A stretch of DNA of 64,000 nt from Candidatus Staskawiczbacteria bacterium (lineage in GTDB: Bacteria; Patescibacteriota; Minisyncoccia; Minisyncoccales; Staskawiczbacteraceae): the NCBI GenBank assembly GCA_903928565.1, contig CAIYRH010000002.1, forward strand, positions 28-64,027, read 5' to 3'. Below the pieces are notes generated by a model that saw nothing but the letters and a program-made list of their open reading frames with translations, was not told where the DNA came from and ran no database searches. Shown here in pieces: positions 25,778-35,680 of this stretch. A program made the position numbers and the translations under genes. The first letter of the stretch is position 1. Each line of letters begins with the position of its first letter.

Positions 25778-27316
25778 ATGGACAAAAAAGACTACATAGA
25801 CATTTCTAAGGCTTCGGACATAAAAAATTCAAAAGATAGAAGGTTATACAGATTTTTTGAAATGATTCCGGGGTTTATAAGTTTGGGCACGCTGTTGGGC
25901 GTGTTGGTTTTTTCATGGCTGGCGCCCGCTGGAATTGCTATTTTTATAATTTGCTTTTGTTTTTATTATTTGTTTAGAATATTCTATTTTTCTTTGCAAC
26001 AAATTCTTGGATACTTTAGAGTTAAAAGCCACATGAAAAGAGATTGGTTAAAAGAGCTGAAGGGTAAAGATTGGAAAAAAATATATCATGTAATTATTTT
26101 GCCAACTTACACAGAGGGCAGAGCATTAATTGAAGAAAGTTTAGAAACCCTAATAAGTAGTAATTACCCTAAAGAAAAAATGATAGTTGTTTTGGCCGTT
26201 GAAAAAAGGGCAGGCCAAGAATTTGAGAATCAGGCTAAATTAATTGCCTCAAAATATACCAATAAATTTTATAAATTTATGGTTTCTGTGCACCCAGATA
26301 ACACGCCCGGAGAAATTGGGGGCAAGGGGTCTAACACAGCATTTGCCGGCAAAGAGGTGAAAGAAAAAATTATTGATGAGTTAAAAATGCCTTACGAAAA
26401 TATTTTAATTTCCACTTTTGACATAGACACCAAGATTTTTCCACAATATTTTTCTTGTTTAACTTGGTATTACCTAACACAAGATGATGCACAAAGTGCC
26501 AGTTACCAACCGGTGCCCGTTTATAACAATAATATTTGGTCTGCCAGTTTTTTCTCAAGAGTTGTTTCAACGTCTAATACTTTTTGGCAAATGATTCAAC
26601 AAGAACGTTCTGAAAAACTTACAACTTATTCATCGCATTCAACGCCGGCTAAAGTTTTTTTTGAAGTGGGCTACCCCTCAAATGTTGTTTGCGATGACTC
26701 GCGAATTTTTTGGCGCGCCTATTTGCACTACGACGGAAACTACAGGGTGGTGCCAATTTACTATTTGGTTTCTATGGATGCTGTTATGGCAAAGAATTTT
26801 TGGGTAACAACTTTAAACCAATACAAACAACAAAAACGCTGGGCGTGGGGCTGTGCTGAAATTCCGTATATTATGTTTGGATTTTTAAATAATAAGAAAA
26901 TACCTTTTAGAGCCAAGCTGGGGCACGTTTACACAATTTTAGACGGATTTTGGTCTTGGGCAACAGCAGCGCTTTTAATGTTTTTATTAGGGTGGTTGCC
27001 AATACTTTTGGGCGGAAGGAGTTTTAATTTTTCTGTGTTGTCTTTTAATTTGCCAATTTTAACCGGGCAAATAATGACTATTGGAATGACTGGTATGTTT
27101 GTTTCTGCAATTTTAAGTACAATGCTTTTGCCGCCAATTCCAAAAACAATAAAATGGTACAAAAGGTGGCTAAAACGATCTACGGTATTTCTTCAATGGA
27201 TATTTTTGCCCGTAACCTTAATTATATTTGGCTCTTTTCCCGCGCTTGATGCTCAAATTCGCTTAATGCTTGGCAAATATATGGGTTTCTGGGTAACTGA
27301 AAAAGTCCGTAAATAA
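25778..27316 (+). CDS. Membrane-embedded processive-type family 2 glycosyltransferase
   Basis: IILPTYTEG..., STFDIDT and the QQKRWAWG (QxxRW) motif, with TM helices at both ends. Confidence 0.7.
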   Translation: MDKKDYIDISKASDIKNSKDRRLYRFFEMIPGFISLGTLLGVLVFSWLAPAGIAIFIICFCFYYLFRIFYFSLQQILGYFRVKSHMKRDWLKELKGKDWKKIYHVIILPTYTEGRALIEESLETLISSNYPKEKMIVVLAVEKRAGQEFENQAKLIASKYTNKFYKFMVSVHPDNTPGEIGGKGSNTAFAGKEVKEKIIDELKMPYENILISTFDIDTKIFPQYFSCLTWYYLTQDDAQSASYQPVPVYNNNIWSASFFSRVVSTSNTFWQMIQQERSEKLTTYSSHSTPAKVFFEVGYPSNVVCDDSRIFWRAYLHYDGNYRVVPIYYLVSMDAVMAKNFWVTTLNQYKQQKRWAWGCAEIPYIMFGFLNNKKIPFRAKLGHVYTILDGFWSWATAALLMFLLGWLPILLGGRSFNFSVLSFNLPILTGQIMTIGMTGMFVSAILSTMLLPPIPKTIKWYKRWLKRSTVFLQWIFLPVTLIIFGSFPALDAQIRLMLGKYMGFWVTEKVRK

Positions 27317-27322
27317 AATATT

Positions 27323-27350
27323 AAAACACCCCGATTATCGGGGTGTTTTT
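27323..27350. terminator. Bidirectional hairpin between the GT2 gene and recG (convergent)
   Basis: AAAACACCCCGAT-T-ATCGGGGTGTTTTTTT. Confidence 0.65.
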
Positions 27351-29573
27351 TTATTCGAAGTGGATTCTTTTCTGAAATTCTTTTAGTCTTTCTTTTAATT
27401 CTGGATATTTATCAAGCTTAGGGTCTTTTTCTAAAATTTCTTTGGCGGCTGCTCGAGTTTTTTCAACTAAAAATATATTGCTTAAGCCTTGCATTGCCAT
27501 GTCGGGGATGCCCCATTGTTGTGTGCCATAAAGACTGCCCGGGCCCCGAATTTCTAAATCTTTTTCGGCAAGCTCAAAACCATTATTTGATTCAACCAAG
27601 GCCTTTAATCTTTTTCGGTTTAACATGCTTGGGTCTGTAGTAAATAAAAAACAATAAGATTGCATGTCGCTTCTGCCAACACGTCCACGGAATTGGTGTA
27701 ATTGGCTTAAGCCAAATCTTTCTGCGCCTTCTATCATCATTATGGTGGCGCGGGGCACATCAACACCAACTTCAACTACAGAAGTTGAAAGTAAAATATC
27801 AATTTCGCCTTTTTTAAAGTCTAACATAATGCGTTCTTTTTCTGGAGCCTTCATTTTTCCATGCAACATTGTTATTCGTAAATCGGGAAAAACTTCTTTT
27901 GATAATTTTTCATATTCTTCTTTTAAGGCTTTAACTTCGTTTATGGCTAGTGACGATAAAGAAAGCGGAGAGTAGTTTTGCGGCGCAAAGCCAACTGAAC
28001 CAACGACCCCACCCTTGGTTTTTATTGTTTCAGCAAGTTTTGAAGCGGCCGAATCAATTTTTGGGAAAATAACAAAAACTCCTTTGCCTTCTGCAACTTC
28101 ATTTTTTATAAATTCATAAGCTTCTTTTCTTTGTTGCGGTTCTACAATAATTGTTTTTATTTTTTTTCTGTTGGCGGGCATTTCATCAATTAAAGATAAA
28201 TCTAAGTCACCATAAGCTGTTAAGGCCAGCGTGCGGGGAATTGGTGTGGCCGTCATTGAAAGCAAGTGGGGGACAAGCTTTTTGTTTTTTATTAAATGAT
28301 CGCGTTGTTCTACGCCAAAACGGTGTTGTTCGTCTAAAATTACTAAAGCCAAATCTTTAAAAATAATTCCTTTTTGAATTAAAGAATGTGTGCCAATGGC
28401 AATATCAATTTGGCCGTTTTCTAGGTCGCCGGTAAAGCTTTTTTTGGAAACTTCAAATGTTTCGCCATCACGAAATATCCGAGCATCTTTGCCGGTTAAC
28501 ATTCCAACTGTAACTCCAAACGGTTTTAACATTTCGGACACCGATTTAAAATGTTGTTTTGCCAAAATTTCTGTTGGCGCCATAAAAGCTACTTGCTTTG
28601 GCTCGCCGGAGCCTTTGGCAGAGGCGGCAAAACCTTTCGTCACATTTAAGGCGGCCATTGCGGCAACAACTGTTTTGCCACTTCCAACATCACCTTCTAA
28701 CAACCGCGACATTGGTACTGTTTTTTCTAAATCTTTTAAAATTGCGTAGGCGCATTTTTTTTGCGAATTGGTAAGCTGGAATGGCAGGTCGTCTGTAAAT
28801 TTTTTCAACAAATTGGCATCCATGGGGCAGGCATGCGCTTTTTTTACCATTAACTTTATTTTTTCTTTTAAAACATTCAACTGAATTAAAAAAAGTTCCT
28901 CAAAAGAAAATCGAGCTTTGGCGGCATCGGCATGTTCAAAAGATTCTGGGAAATGCAATTGCCAAACCGCCTCTTGAATGGGCAAAAATTTATGTTGTTT
29001 TATTATTTCTTTTGGTAAGGACTCGGCAATTTGCTCGCAAAACCTGTAAAGTAATGGTTTTATTACGTATCGTAACCAGCGCGAAGTAACACCCCTTGTT
29101 TCGGCATAAACTGGCACAATACGGCCGGTGTGAGTTAGTTCTTCATTTTCGCCAATTCCATTAATTCTTTCATAGGCTGGCGAATTAAAATAAATTCCTT
29201 CTTTGCCCAAGCTTACTTTTCCCGCTACACAAATGAAGTCGTCCTCCTTAAATGATTTTGCTAAATAGGGTTGGTTAAACCAAACAACTCCAATTTCGGC
29301 GGTGTCGTCTTGAATAATAACTTGCGTTAAATTCATAAACTTTTTAAAAGTGTGAGTGCTTTCTATTTGAATTATTTGGCCTTGCACGCAAACCGTTTCG
29401 CCAAGTCTTTGTTTGGCTTCTTTAATTGAAACTATTTGTGAAAAGTCGTCGTATCTTGCGGGAAAATAAAAAAGCAAATCCTGCACAGTTTTTATGCCGA
29501 ATTTTTTCAGTTTTTTTGCGTAGGCTACGCCGACTCTTGGAATTTCTTCAATTTTTGTTGCAAGAGTAATCAT
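27351..29573 (-). CDS. recG: ATP-dependent DNA helicase RecG
   Basis: 740 aa with an N-terminal wedge/OB region, GDVGSGKT and DEQHRFG, plus helicase C motifs. Confidence 0.9.
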   Translation of the reverse strand: MITLATKIEEIPRVGVAYAKKLKKFGIKTVQDLLFYFPARYDDFSQIVSIKEAKQRLGETVCVQGQIIQIESTHTFKKFMNLTQVIIQDDTAEIGVVWFNQPYLAKSFKEDDFICVAGKVSLGKEGIYFNSPAYERINGIGENEELTHTGRIVPVYAETRGVTSRWLRYVIKPLLYRFCEQIAESLPKEIIKQHKFLPIQEAVWQLHFPESFEHADAAKARFSFEELFLIQLNVLKEKIKLMVKKAHACPMDANLLKKFTDDLPFQLTNSQKKCAYAILKDLEKTVPMSRLLEGDVGSGKTVVAAMAALNVTKGFAASAKGSGEPKQVAFMAPTEILAKQHFKSVSEMLKPFGVTVGMLTGKDARIFRDGETFEVSKKSFTGDLENGQIDIAIGTHSLIQKGIIFKDLALVILDEQHRFGVEQRDHLIKNKKLVPHLLSMTATPIPRTLALTAYGDLDLSLIDEMPANRKKIKTIIVEPQQRKEAYEFIKNEVAEGKGVFVIFPKIDSAASKLAETIKTKGGVVGSVGFAPQNYSPLSLSSLAINEVKALKEEYEKLSKEVFPDLRITMLHGKMKAPEKERIMLDFKKGEIDILLSTSVVEVGVDVPRATIMMIEGAERFGLSQLHQFRGRVGRSDMQSYCFLFTTDPSMLNRKRLKALVESNNGFELAEKDLEIRGPGSLYGTQQWGIPDMAMQGLSNIFLVEKTRAAAKEILEKDPKLDKYPELKERLKEFQKRIHFE

Positions 29574-29580
29574 TAGTTTT

Positions 29581-30309
29581 TTAGCGGGGCATGGTGACTT
29601 GGAAGTCGCCGGCGGCGCCGTAGGCTACTTGATATTGCGGGAAGTAAAAAGTAATTGTGTTATTGGAATTTATTAAAAAATATTGGAAGTTTTCGGCAAC
29701 GGGACCAGCACCGTCTTGAATTGTTGTGCCGTCTAAATTGCCCAAGGCTTTAGTAAGTTGTTTTGTTAAATCGGCAATGCAATAATTAGAAATTTTTTGT
29801 AAATAATTTGGTTGGTTTGGAAACAAGTCGGCTAGTGCAATTTCCTTTTTATTTTTAACGTCGTAATTTAGTGAAATAAAATAACTTGCACCATGGGCGC
29901 CACCTTCAAAATTGTAAACATTAAAAATTACGCTGGCAATGTTGTTGTCTATTTCGCCTTTTGTGTAAGTAATGTCTAATTCGTAAGTTCTTGGGTATTT
30001 TGCGTAATCTGCGGGGTCTGTAGCTTTTACTGCCGCGTCGTTGGCCAGCGAATTATTTTTAAAGTCTGCTATTTCTTTGTCTACAATTGCTTTTGCTTTT
30101 TGGTTAAAGTCAGTGAGGCCGGCAATTTGCGGGTAGGTAATTTTTATTGTAAAAGGTTTTGTGTTGTCATTTATTATTTTGTCTTGAACGCTGGCAATTG
30201 GGGGAGCTGTAACAACCGCCGGCTTCTTTTGAAAATAAAAATAACCAATGGCGCAGGCCACTACAATAATTAATATTATAATTACAGAAATTATTTTTTT
30301 TGAGTTCAT
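29581..30309 (-). CDS. DUF3298/DUF4163 (RsiV/PdaC-like) domain lipoprotein-like protein
   Basis: N-terminal TM, then ITYPQI...FNQKAKAIVDKEI and EGGAHGASYFISLNYD...ADLF, typical of the DUF4163+DUF3298 pair. Confidence 0.65.
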   Translation of the reverse strand: MNSKKIISVIIILIIVVACAIGYFYFQKKPAVVTAPPIASVQDKIINDNTKPFTIKITYPQIAGLTDFNQKAKAIVDKEIADFKNNSLANDAAVKATDPADYAKYPRTYELDITYTKGEIDNNIASVIFNVYNFEGGAHGASYFISLNYDVKNKKEIALADLFPNQPNYLQKISNYCIADLTKQLTKALGNLDGTTIQDGAGPVAENFQYFLINSNNTITFYFPQYQVAYGAAGDFQVTMPR

Positions 30310-30331
30310 AATTTTGAGATTATTTTAAGTG

Positions 30332-30403
30332 TGCCCTCAGTAGGAGTTGAACCTGCATTTCAACCTTCGCAGGGTTGCGCTCTATCCATTGAGCTATGAG
30401 GGC
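30332..30403 (-). tRNA. tRNA-Arg (anticodon GCG)
   Basis: Acceptor GCCCTCA/TGAGGGC, D-arm GCTC-AATGGATA-GAGC, anticodon stem CAACC/GGTTG, loop CTGCGAA. The T-stem has one C-A mismatch. Confidence 0.7.
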
Positions 30404-30430
30404 TTAAGTTATGCGACGAGATTTTGTCGG

Positions 30431-30512
30431 CGGAGGGCAGAGGATTCGAACCTCTAAAAGCTTGCGCTTGCCGCTTTTCAAGAGCGGTGCCATACCATTA
30501 GGCGAGCCCTCC
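30431..30512 (-). tRNA. tRNA-Ser (anticodon UGA)
   Basis: Acceptor GGAGGGC/GCCCTCC, anticodon stem CCGCT/AGCGG, loop CTTGAAA, long variable arm, T-arm AGAGG-TTCGAAT-CCTCT. Confidence 0.8.
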
Positions 30513-30590
30513 TTGTTCTTTATTTTTTATCACATAACTCATAAATAATCAACTGCTGTATATTCCATTGTTTTATAGTATTATGGAATA

Positions 30591-31598
30591 ATGGCAGATA
30601 GAATATATAAAAAAAGAATTATATTCCCAAAGGGCGAGCAAACTAAATTTTTGTTTGTTCAAATAAAAAGAGCTAATATCTCTTGGTCTAAATTAGCAGA
30701 AAAAATAAACATTAATATAAGAACATTAAATGACTGGAAAAGAGAAAACTACTCAATACCCGTTGATAAACTAGAAAAAATTTGTAAGATTTCTGGTTCA
30801 AAAATGCCTAAAAATATTAAATTAAAAAATCCCTTTTGGTATACTTTTAAGGGCGCTAAATTAGGAGCAATTGTTACTTTAAATAAATATGGTAGAGTGG
30901 GTGGTGATCAGGCCTACCAAAAAAAGAAATGGTATGAATGGTGGAATAAAAAAGGTAAATACAGAAAAACAGGGTGTATAATAAAACCATTACCCATAAA
31001 AATTCCTCGCTTCTCTAAAAATCTTGCAGAATTTACGGGAATTATGATAGGAGATGGCGGGATGACTAAAGGGCAAATAACGATTTCTACAAATAGCGTA
31101 GACGATAGACAATATGGATATTTTGTAAGAAAATTAATAAAAAAATTATTTAATTTAAATGCTTCAATTTATTATGTGGAGGGCGTGCGAGTGATGACGA
31201 TTGCGGTTTCACGAAAAAAGTTGGTTGAATTTTGTAGTAAAAAATTAGGATTGCATATAGGAAATAAATTAAAGCAAGGATTAGATATCCCAAGATGGGT
31301 TAGAAAAAATCCTGAATTTGAAAGGGCATGTGTAAGAGGAATTATGGATACAGATGGAAGTATATTTAATGAATGTCATAATATTAAGGGTAAAAAATAT
31401 AGTTATAAAAAATTGTGTATTGTGAGTGCATCACCCGAGTTGAGACAATCTATTTTTAGAATTTTGGAAAAAAATAGCTTGTCACCAAAAATCAAAAGTG
31501 GTAGGTGTGTGCAAATAGAAGCCAGAATAAATATTGATAAATATTTTAAAATTATTGGCACAAGCAATCCTAAGCACTTGAAAAGATACTATAAATAA
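30591..31598 (+). CDS. Free-standing LAGLIDADG-family endonuclease-like protein with N-terminal HTH region
   Basis: Two LAGLIDADG motifs, LAEFTGIMIGDGGM and CVRGIMDTDGSI. No flanking intron or intein context seen. Confidence 0.7.
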   Translation: MADRIYKKRIIFPKGEQTKFLFVQIKRANISWSKLAEKININIRTLNDWKRENYSIPVDKLEKICKISGSKMPKNIKLKNPFWYTFKGAKLGAIVTLNKYGRVGGDQAYQKKKWYEWWNKKGKYRKTGCIIKPLPIKIPRFSKNLAEFTGIMIGDGGMTKGQITISTNSVDDRQYGYFVRKLIKKLFNLNASIYYVEGVRVMTIAVSRKKLVEFCSKKLGLHIGNKLKQGLDIPRWVRKNPEFERACVRGIMDTDGSIFNECHNIKGKKYSYKKLCIVSASPELRQSIFRILEKNSLSPKIKSGRCVQIEARINIDKYFKIIGTSNPKHLKRYYK

Positions 31599-31623
31599 GG
31601 CATTATGATAATAAGTTCATTGG

Positions 31624-31709
31624 GGAGAGGTGGCTGAGCGGTTTAAAGCAGCAGGTTGCTAACCTGCGCCCATTATGTGGGCTCGTGGGTTCAAATCCCA
31701 CCCTCTCCG
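31624..31709 (+). tRNA. tRNA-Ser (anticodon GCU)
   Basis: Acceptor GGAGAGG/CCTCTCC, anticodon stem GCAGG/CCTGC, loop TTGCTAA, long variable arm, T-arm GTGGG-TTCAAAT-CCCAC. Confidence 0.85.
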
Positions 31710-31716
31710 CATTTTA

Positions 31717-31745
31717 TAAAAATTGCCATTTTGGCAATTTTTTTG
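31717..31745 (+). terminator. Intrinsic terminator after tRNA-Ser
   Basis: AAAAATTGCC-ATTTT-GGCAATTTTTTT. It overlaps the ORF-track 5' extension of recQ, which supports the later recQ start. Confidence 0.65.
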
Positions 31746-31758
31746 TTACAATAAGTTC

Positions 31759-33264
31759 ATGGAAAATTTACTGAAAAAATATTTTGGCTACGACACCTTT
31801 CGTCCGCTTCAGAAAGAAATTATTGAGCGGGTTTTGATGGGGGAAGACTCTTTGGTTTTAATGCCCACCGGTGGGGGCAAATCGTTGTGTTTTCAGCTGC
31901 CAGCTTTAATTCTTGAAGGCGTTGCAGTTGTGATCTCTCCGCTTATTTCATTAATGAAAGACCAGGTGGATTCGTTGGTGACAAATGGCATTCCGGCAGA
32001 TTTTATTAATAGTAGTCTTACCCCAAAAAAAATTGTCGAAGTTATGGAAAGCGCGCTTGCGGGGAAATTAAAAATTATTTATATAGCGCCAGAAAGACTT
32101 AGCGTTCCTGGATTTGAAGATTTTTTGCATTCACTTTGCATTAATGTTATTGCAATAGATGAGGCACATTGTATTTCGCAATGGGGCCACGATTTTAGAC
32201 CCGACTACCGTAATTTAACAGTATTGCGCAAAAATTTTCCCAACATTCCTATTATTGCTTTAACAGCAACCGCCACCGAAGAAGTGCGGGAAGATATTAT
32301 AAAACAACTTTCATTGGAAAAGCATAAAATGTTTATTTCTAGTTTTAATCGTCCAAATTTAAGTTATGAAGTTTTGCCCAAAAAAGATTCATTTTTTTCA
32401 ATTCTTAATCTTGTTAGAAGCTATAAGAATGAAAGCGTAATTATTTATTGTTTTTCACGCAACGACACAGAAGCAATGGTTGAAAAACTAAAGAAGCGCG
32501 GTTTAAAAGCCCTTGCATATCATGCGGGTTTGAATGCTAAAATTAGAAAAGAAAATCAAGAAAAATTTATTAAGGATGAGGTTAATATTATAGTTGCCAC
32601 CATTGCTTTTGGTATGGGAATTGATAAGCCAGATGTGCGGTTGGTTGTCCACCATAGTTTGCCAAAATCCATTGAGGGGTATTATCAAGAAACTGGGCGC
32701 GCAGGAAGAGATGGGCTACCCGCCAGGTGCGTGTTGTTCTTTTCATATGCCGATAAATTTAAGCAAGATTATTTTATTAATAATATAATCGATGATGATG
32801 AGCGAGAAAAGGCGCAAGAAAATCTTTCCCATGTTTTGCATTACGGAGATTTGCAAAGTTGCAGACGTAAATTTTTACTAAATTATTTTAATGAACATTA
32901 TAATGAGAAAAACTGCGGAAACTGTGATATGTGTGCAGAAAAACCTGCACTCAAAATTAGCAGTGGTTTGACTTCTTTTATTAGCGGAGTAAGAAGCAGA
33001 TTGTCAGAGAAAATTAGTGTTGAAAATGAAGTTTATGACAAATTATTGTTTGAAAAATTAAAAATATTAAGAACAAAAGAAGCCCAGCGTTTACATGTGC
33101 CACCTTACGTGGTTTTTGGTGATAGGGCTTTAATTCAAATGGCTAAAGATATGCCAAAAACCTCGGAAGCCTTTTTGGAAATTTACGGCGTGGCTGACCG
33201 CAAATTAGAACAATTCGGCAAGCAATTTATAAAAGTCATCCGTGAGCATGCCGAGAATTTATAG
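31759..33264 (+). CDS. recQ: ATP-dependent DNA helicase RecQ
   Basis: MPTGGGKSLCFQLPA, DEAHCISQWGHDFRP, a Zn-binding Cys cluster (CRRK...CGNCDMC), and a C-terminal HRDC-like region. Confidence 0.9.
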   Translation: MENLLKKYFGYDTFRPLQKEIIERVLMGEDSLVLMPTGGGKSLCFQLPALILEGVAVVISPLISLMKDQVDSLVTNGIPADFINSSLTPKKIVEVMESALAGKLKIIYIAPERLSVPGFEDFLHSLCINVIAIDEAHCISQWGHDFRPDYRNLTVLRKNFPNIPIIALTATATEEVREDIIKQLSLEKHKMFISSFNRPNLSYEVLPKKDSFFSILNLVRSYKNESVIIYCFSRNDTEAMVEKLKKRGLKALAYHAGLNAKIRKENQEKFIKDEVNIIVATIAFGMGIDKPDVRLVVHHSLPKSIEGYYQETGRAGRDGLPARCVLFFSYADKFKQDYFINNIIDDDEREKAQENLSHVLHYGDLQSCRRKFLLNYFNEHYNEKNCGNCDMCAEKPALKISSGLTSFISGVRSRLSEKISVENEVYDKLLFEKLKILRTKEAQRLHVPPYVVFGDRALIQMAKDMPKTSEAFLEIYGVADRKLEQFGKQFIKVIREHAENL

Positions 33265-33344
33265 TATAATCAATAAATATTATTATAAAAGTCGTCTTTT
33301 CGACGTTTCTTTGGTAGAATAACTTATAAATATAATTTTTTAAA

Positions 33345-33905
33345 ATGGCGAAAAGAAAATATTATGCATATTTGGTGGATGGTGAAAGTGGTATTATTGA
33401 TAATTGGCCCGAATGCCAAGCCATTGTTGCCGGCAAGAATGGAGCCAAATTTAAAGGTTTTGAGAGCGAAGCGGACGCTGAAGCCTGGTTGAATGCGGGG
33501 GCAGATTATAAAATAAAAAATATTGCCCTTGAAGATGGAATTTATTTTGATGCGGGAACGGGCTCGGGAGAAGGGGTTGAAATTCAAGTGGCAGACAAAA
33601 ATGGCAAAAGTTTTTTACGGGAAAATTTGGGGCACGAAGTTACAAATAATTTTGGTGAACTTTTGGCTTGTAAAAAAGCTTTGGAATTGGCAATGAAGAA
33701 TGGAGAGAAGTTTATCTTTGGTGACAGTAAACTAGTTGTTGAATATTGGTCTAAGGGACATGTTAAATATGAAGTGGGCGAGGAAACAGTAAATCTTGCC
33801 GTTGAAGTTAAAAAATTAAGAAAAGAATTTGAAAGCAAGGGCGGGAAAATTATTTTAATTTCCGGTGGAAACAACCCCGCCGATTTGGGCTTTCACAAAG
33901 GTTAA
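33345..33905 (+). CDS. rnhA: RNase H1-like protein with N-terminal hybrid-binding (viroplasmin-type) domain
   Basis: KYYAYLV...FKGFESEADAEAWL is the N-terminal duplex-RNA/hybrid-binding fold. The C-terminal half (YFDAGTG..., NNFGELLACKKALELA, GDSKLVV) is RNase H-like. Confidence 0.6.
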   Translation: MAKRKYYAYLVDGESGIIDNWPECQAIVAGKNGAKFKGFESEADAEAWLNAGADYKIKNIALEDGIYFDAGTGSGEGVEIQVADKNGKSFLRENLGHEVTNNFGELLACKKALELAMKNGEKFIFGDSKLVVEYWSKGHVKYEVGEETVNLAVEVKKLRKEFESKGGKIILISGGNNPADLGFHKG

Positions 33906-33925
33906 ATAATTTAAAAATAAAAAAT

Positions 33926-34318
33926 ATGGAAAATAAAAAAACATTTGCGTGTGCAATAAATTGTATGGACGGCAGGGTGCAAGACGCTGTTAAAAATTAT
34001 ATGAAAGAAAATTATGGTGTTGATTGGGTTGACCAAATTACCGAGCCTGGTCCAAACAAAATATTATGCGAACATAACGATTGCGACCTTGCAGTTATTG
34101 AAGATATTAAAAAAAGAGTTGAAATTTCGGTTGGTCACCATGGTTCAAAACAAATAGCTATTGTTGGGCATTTTGGGTGCGCGGGCAACCCAGCTTCAAA
34201 AGAAGAACAAATTGAGCAACTTAAAAAGTGTAGGGGAGTTATTGATTCATTTGGTTTTCCGGTTGAAGTTGTTTTATTATGGGTTGACGGCGACTGGACA
34301 ACAGTGGAAAAAATTTAG
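33926..34318 (+). CDS. Small beta-carbonic-anhydrase-like protein (CxDxR / HxxC motifs)
   Basis: CMDGRV and VGHFGCAGN reproduce the beta-CA zinc-ligand spacing, but 130 aa is shorter than canonical enzymes. Confidence 0.4.
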   Translation: MENKKTFACAINCMDGRVQDAVKNYMKENYGVDWVDQITEPGPNKILCEHNDCDLAVIEDIKKRVEISVGHHGSKQIAIVGHFGCAGNPASKEEQIEQLKKCRGVIDSFGFPVEVVLLWVDGDWTTVEKI

Positions 34319-34354
34319 TTTGTAGTTTCATTTTGTTAGTTGTATAATAAATAA

Positions 34355-35680
34355 ATGAAAAAAATATTATTCGTAATATTTCTACTAACCACTGTTTTAA
34401 CGTTTCAACCCGCGCATGTTTTTGCTGTTGATAATAAGGCTCAGCCAAACGGCATAACAAATTGTTTTGATTATTATCACTTTCAAAGTGTTCAAACAAT
34501 CATAGTTGCTGAAAACCATAATATTTCAGCTGGCGATAAAATAACTTTCTCTGGAAAAATAAATAACCAAAATAATTACCCAATTGTTTCGGGCACTCTT
34601 TACGTAAAAATTATGCGAAGTGCTGGTTTTTCAATGGCAAATGGTTTTGATGTTGTTGACCAATTTGTAGCAAAAGAAAATGTTATAATTCCTGCCAATG
34701 GAAGTACTAATGTTTCTTTTCCATGGAAAGTGCCGGTGGCCACAACTTCGGGAACGTACAAATTAGTTAGTTATTTTGTAGTTGATAATAAGTTTAATTT
34801 ATTGGGCTTAAGTTTTACAGACGACATTACTGGAAACATTTCTGAATTTATTGTTGCGGGGCAAAAAAACAATGTGCAGTTTGATAAAGCGGGTGTTGTT
34901 GTAAATAAAAACCCGTATGGAGTTGCCAGTTTTGCACCAATGATTCCTAATAAAGAGGCCGCAGATGTTTCATTAAAAATAAAAAACACAACTGCCGAAG
35001 ACGAAAATGTTAAAGTAGATTACAGCTTGTATGAATGGGACAGCATGAACCCAGCTAATTTTGTGCGAACAACTTCACAAAATGTAAATGTAAAAGCCAA
35101 TTCAACTGCCACAACAGAAATTACTATAAACGACAACACCGCTTCAGTTTATTATTTAATTGCAACGTTAAATTATAAAGATTCAAAATCTATTGTGGGC
35201 ATTAGGTTTGTTAGGCCAGAAAATAATAGGTTAAGACTTAACTTCCCTTCAATAAATAATTTTCCAATAAAAAAGGGAGAAAACTCTACTGTATTTAGTT
35301 GTTTTCACAATGGTTCGGCAAGCGTGCAACCGGTTAATGGAAAATTAGAACTGCAGGTTTTAGATAGTTTGGGAAAAGTTGTAAGCAATTTCACATATGC
35401 GGGGCCAATTAGTGGAGCAATGACAGCTGCTAAAAAAGATTTTGTTTCAAAAACAACTTTAGACCATTTTTATGTTTTGGCAAAATTGTATGACGGAAAT
35501 AAATTAGTTGACCAATCTAAATTGGAATATGACTGCCAAAAAATAGACCCAAAAACTTGCAACCCAAAACCAAATGTTTGGGTGTATGTTATTTTAGTTA
35601 TTATTATATTGTTGGCAATAATTATTCCGCGAGTTATTAGTGCAAAGAAAAAAGTTGTAGAAAAAACAAATGAAATTTAA
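34355..35680 (+). CDS. Secreted beta-rich protein with C-terminal TM anchor, 441 aa
   Basis: Signal peptide MKKILFVIFLLTTVLTFQPAHVFA and C-terminal anchor VWVYVILVIIILLAIIIP-RVISAKKK. No family recognised. Confidence 0.7.
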   Translation: MKKILFVIFLLTTVLTFQPAHVFAVDNKAQPNGITNCFDYYHFQSVQTIIVAENHNISAGDKITFSGKINNQNNYPIVSGTLYVKIMRSAGFSMANGFDVVDQFVAKENVIIPANGSTNVSFPWKVPVATTSGTYKLVSYFVVDNKFNLLGLSFTDDITGNISEFIVAGQKNNVQFDKAGVVVNKNPYGVASFAPMIPNKEAADVSLKIKNTTAEDENVKVDYSLYEWDSMNPANFVRTTSQNVNVKANSTATTEITINDNTASVYYLIATLNYKDSKSIVGIRFVRPENNRLRLNFPSINNFPIKKGENSTVFSCFHNGSASVQPVNGKLELQVLDSLGKVVSNFTYAGPISGAMTAAKKDFVSKTTLDHFYVLAKLYDGNKLVDQSKLEYDCQKIDPKTCNPKPNVWVYVILVIIILLAIIIPRVISAKKKVVEKTNEI

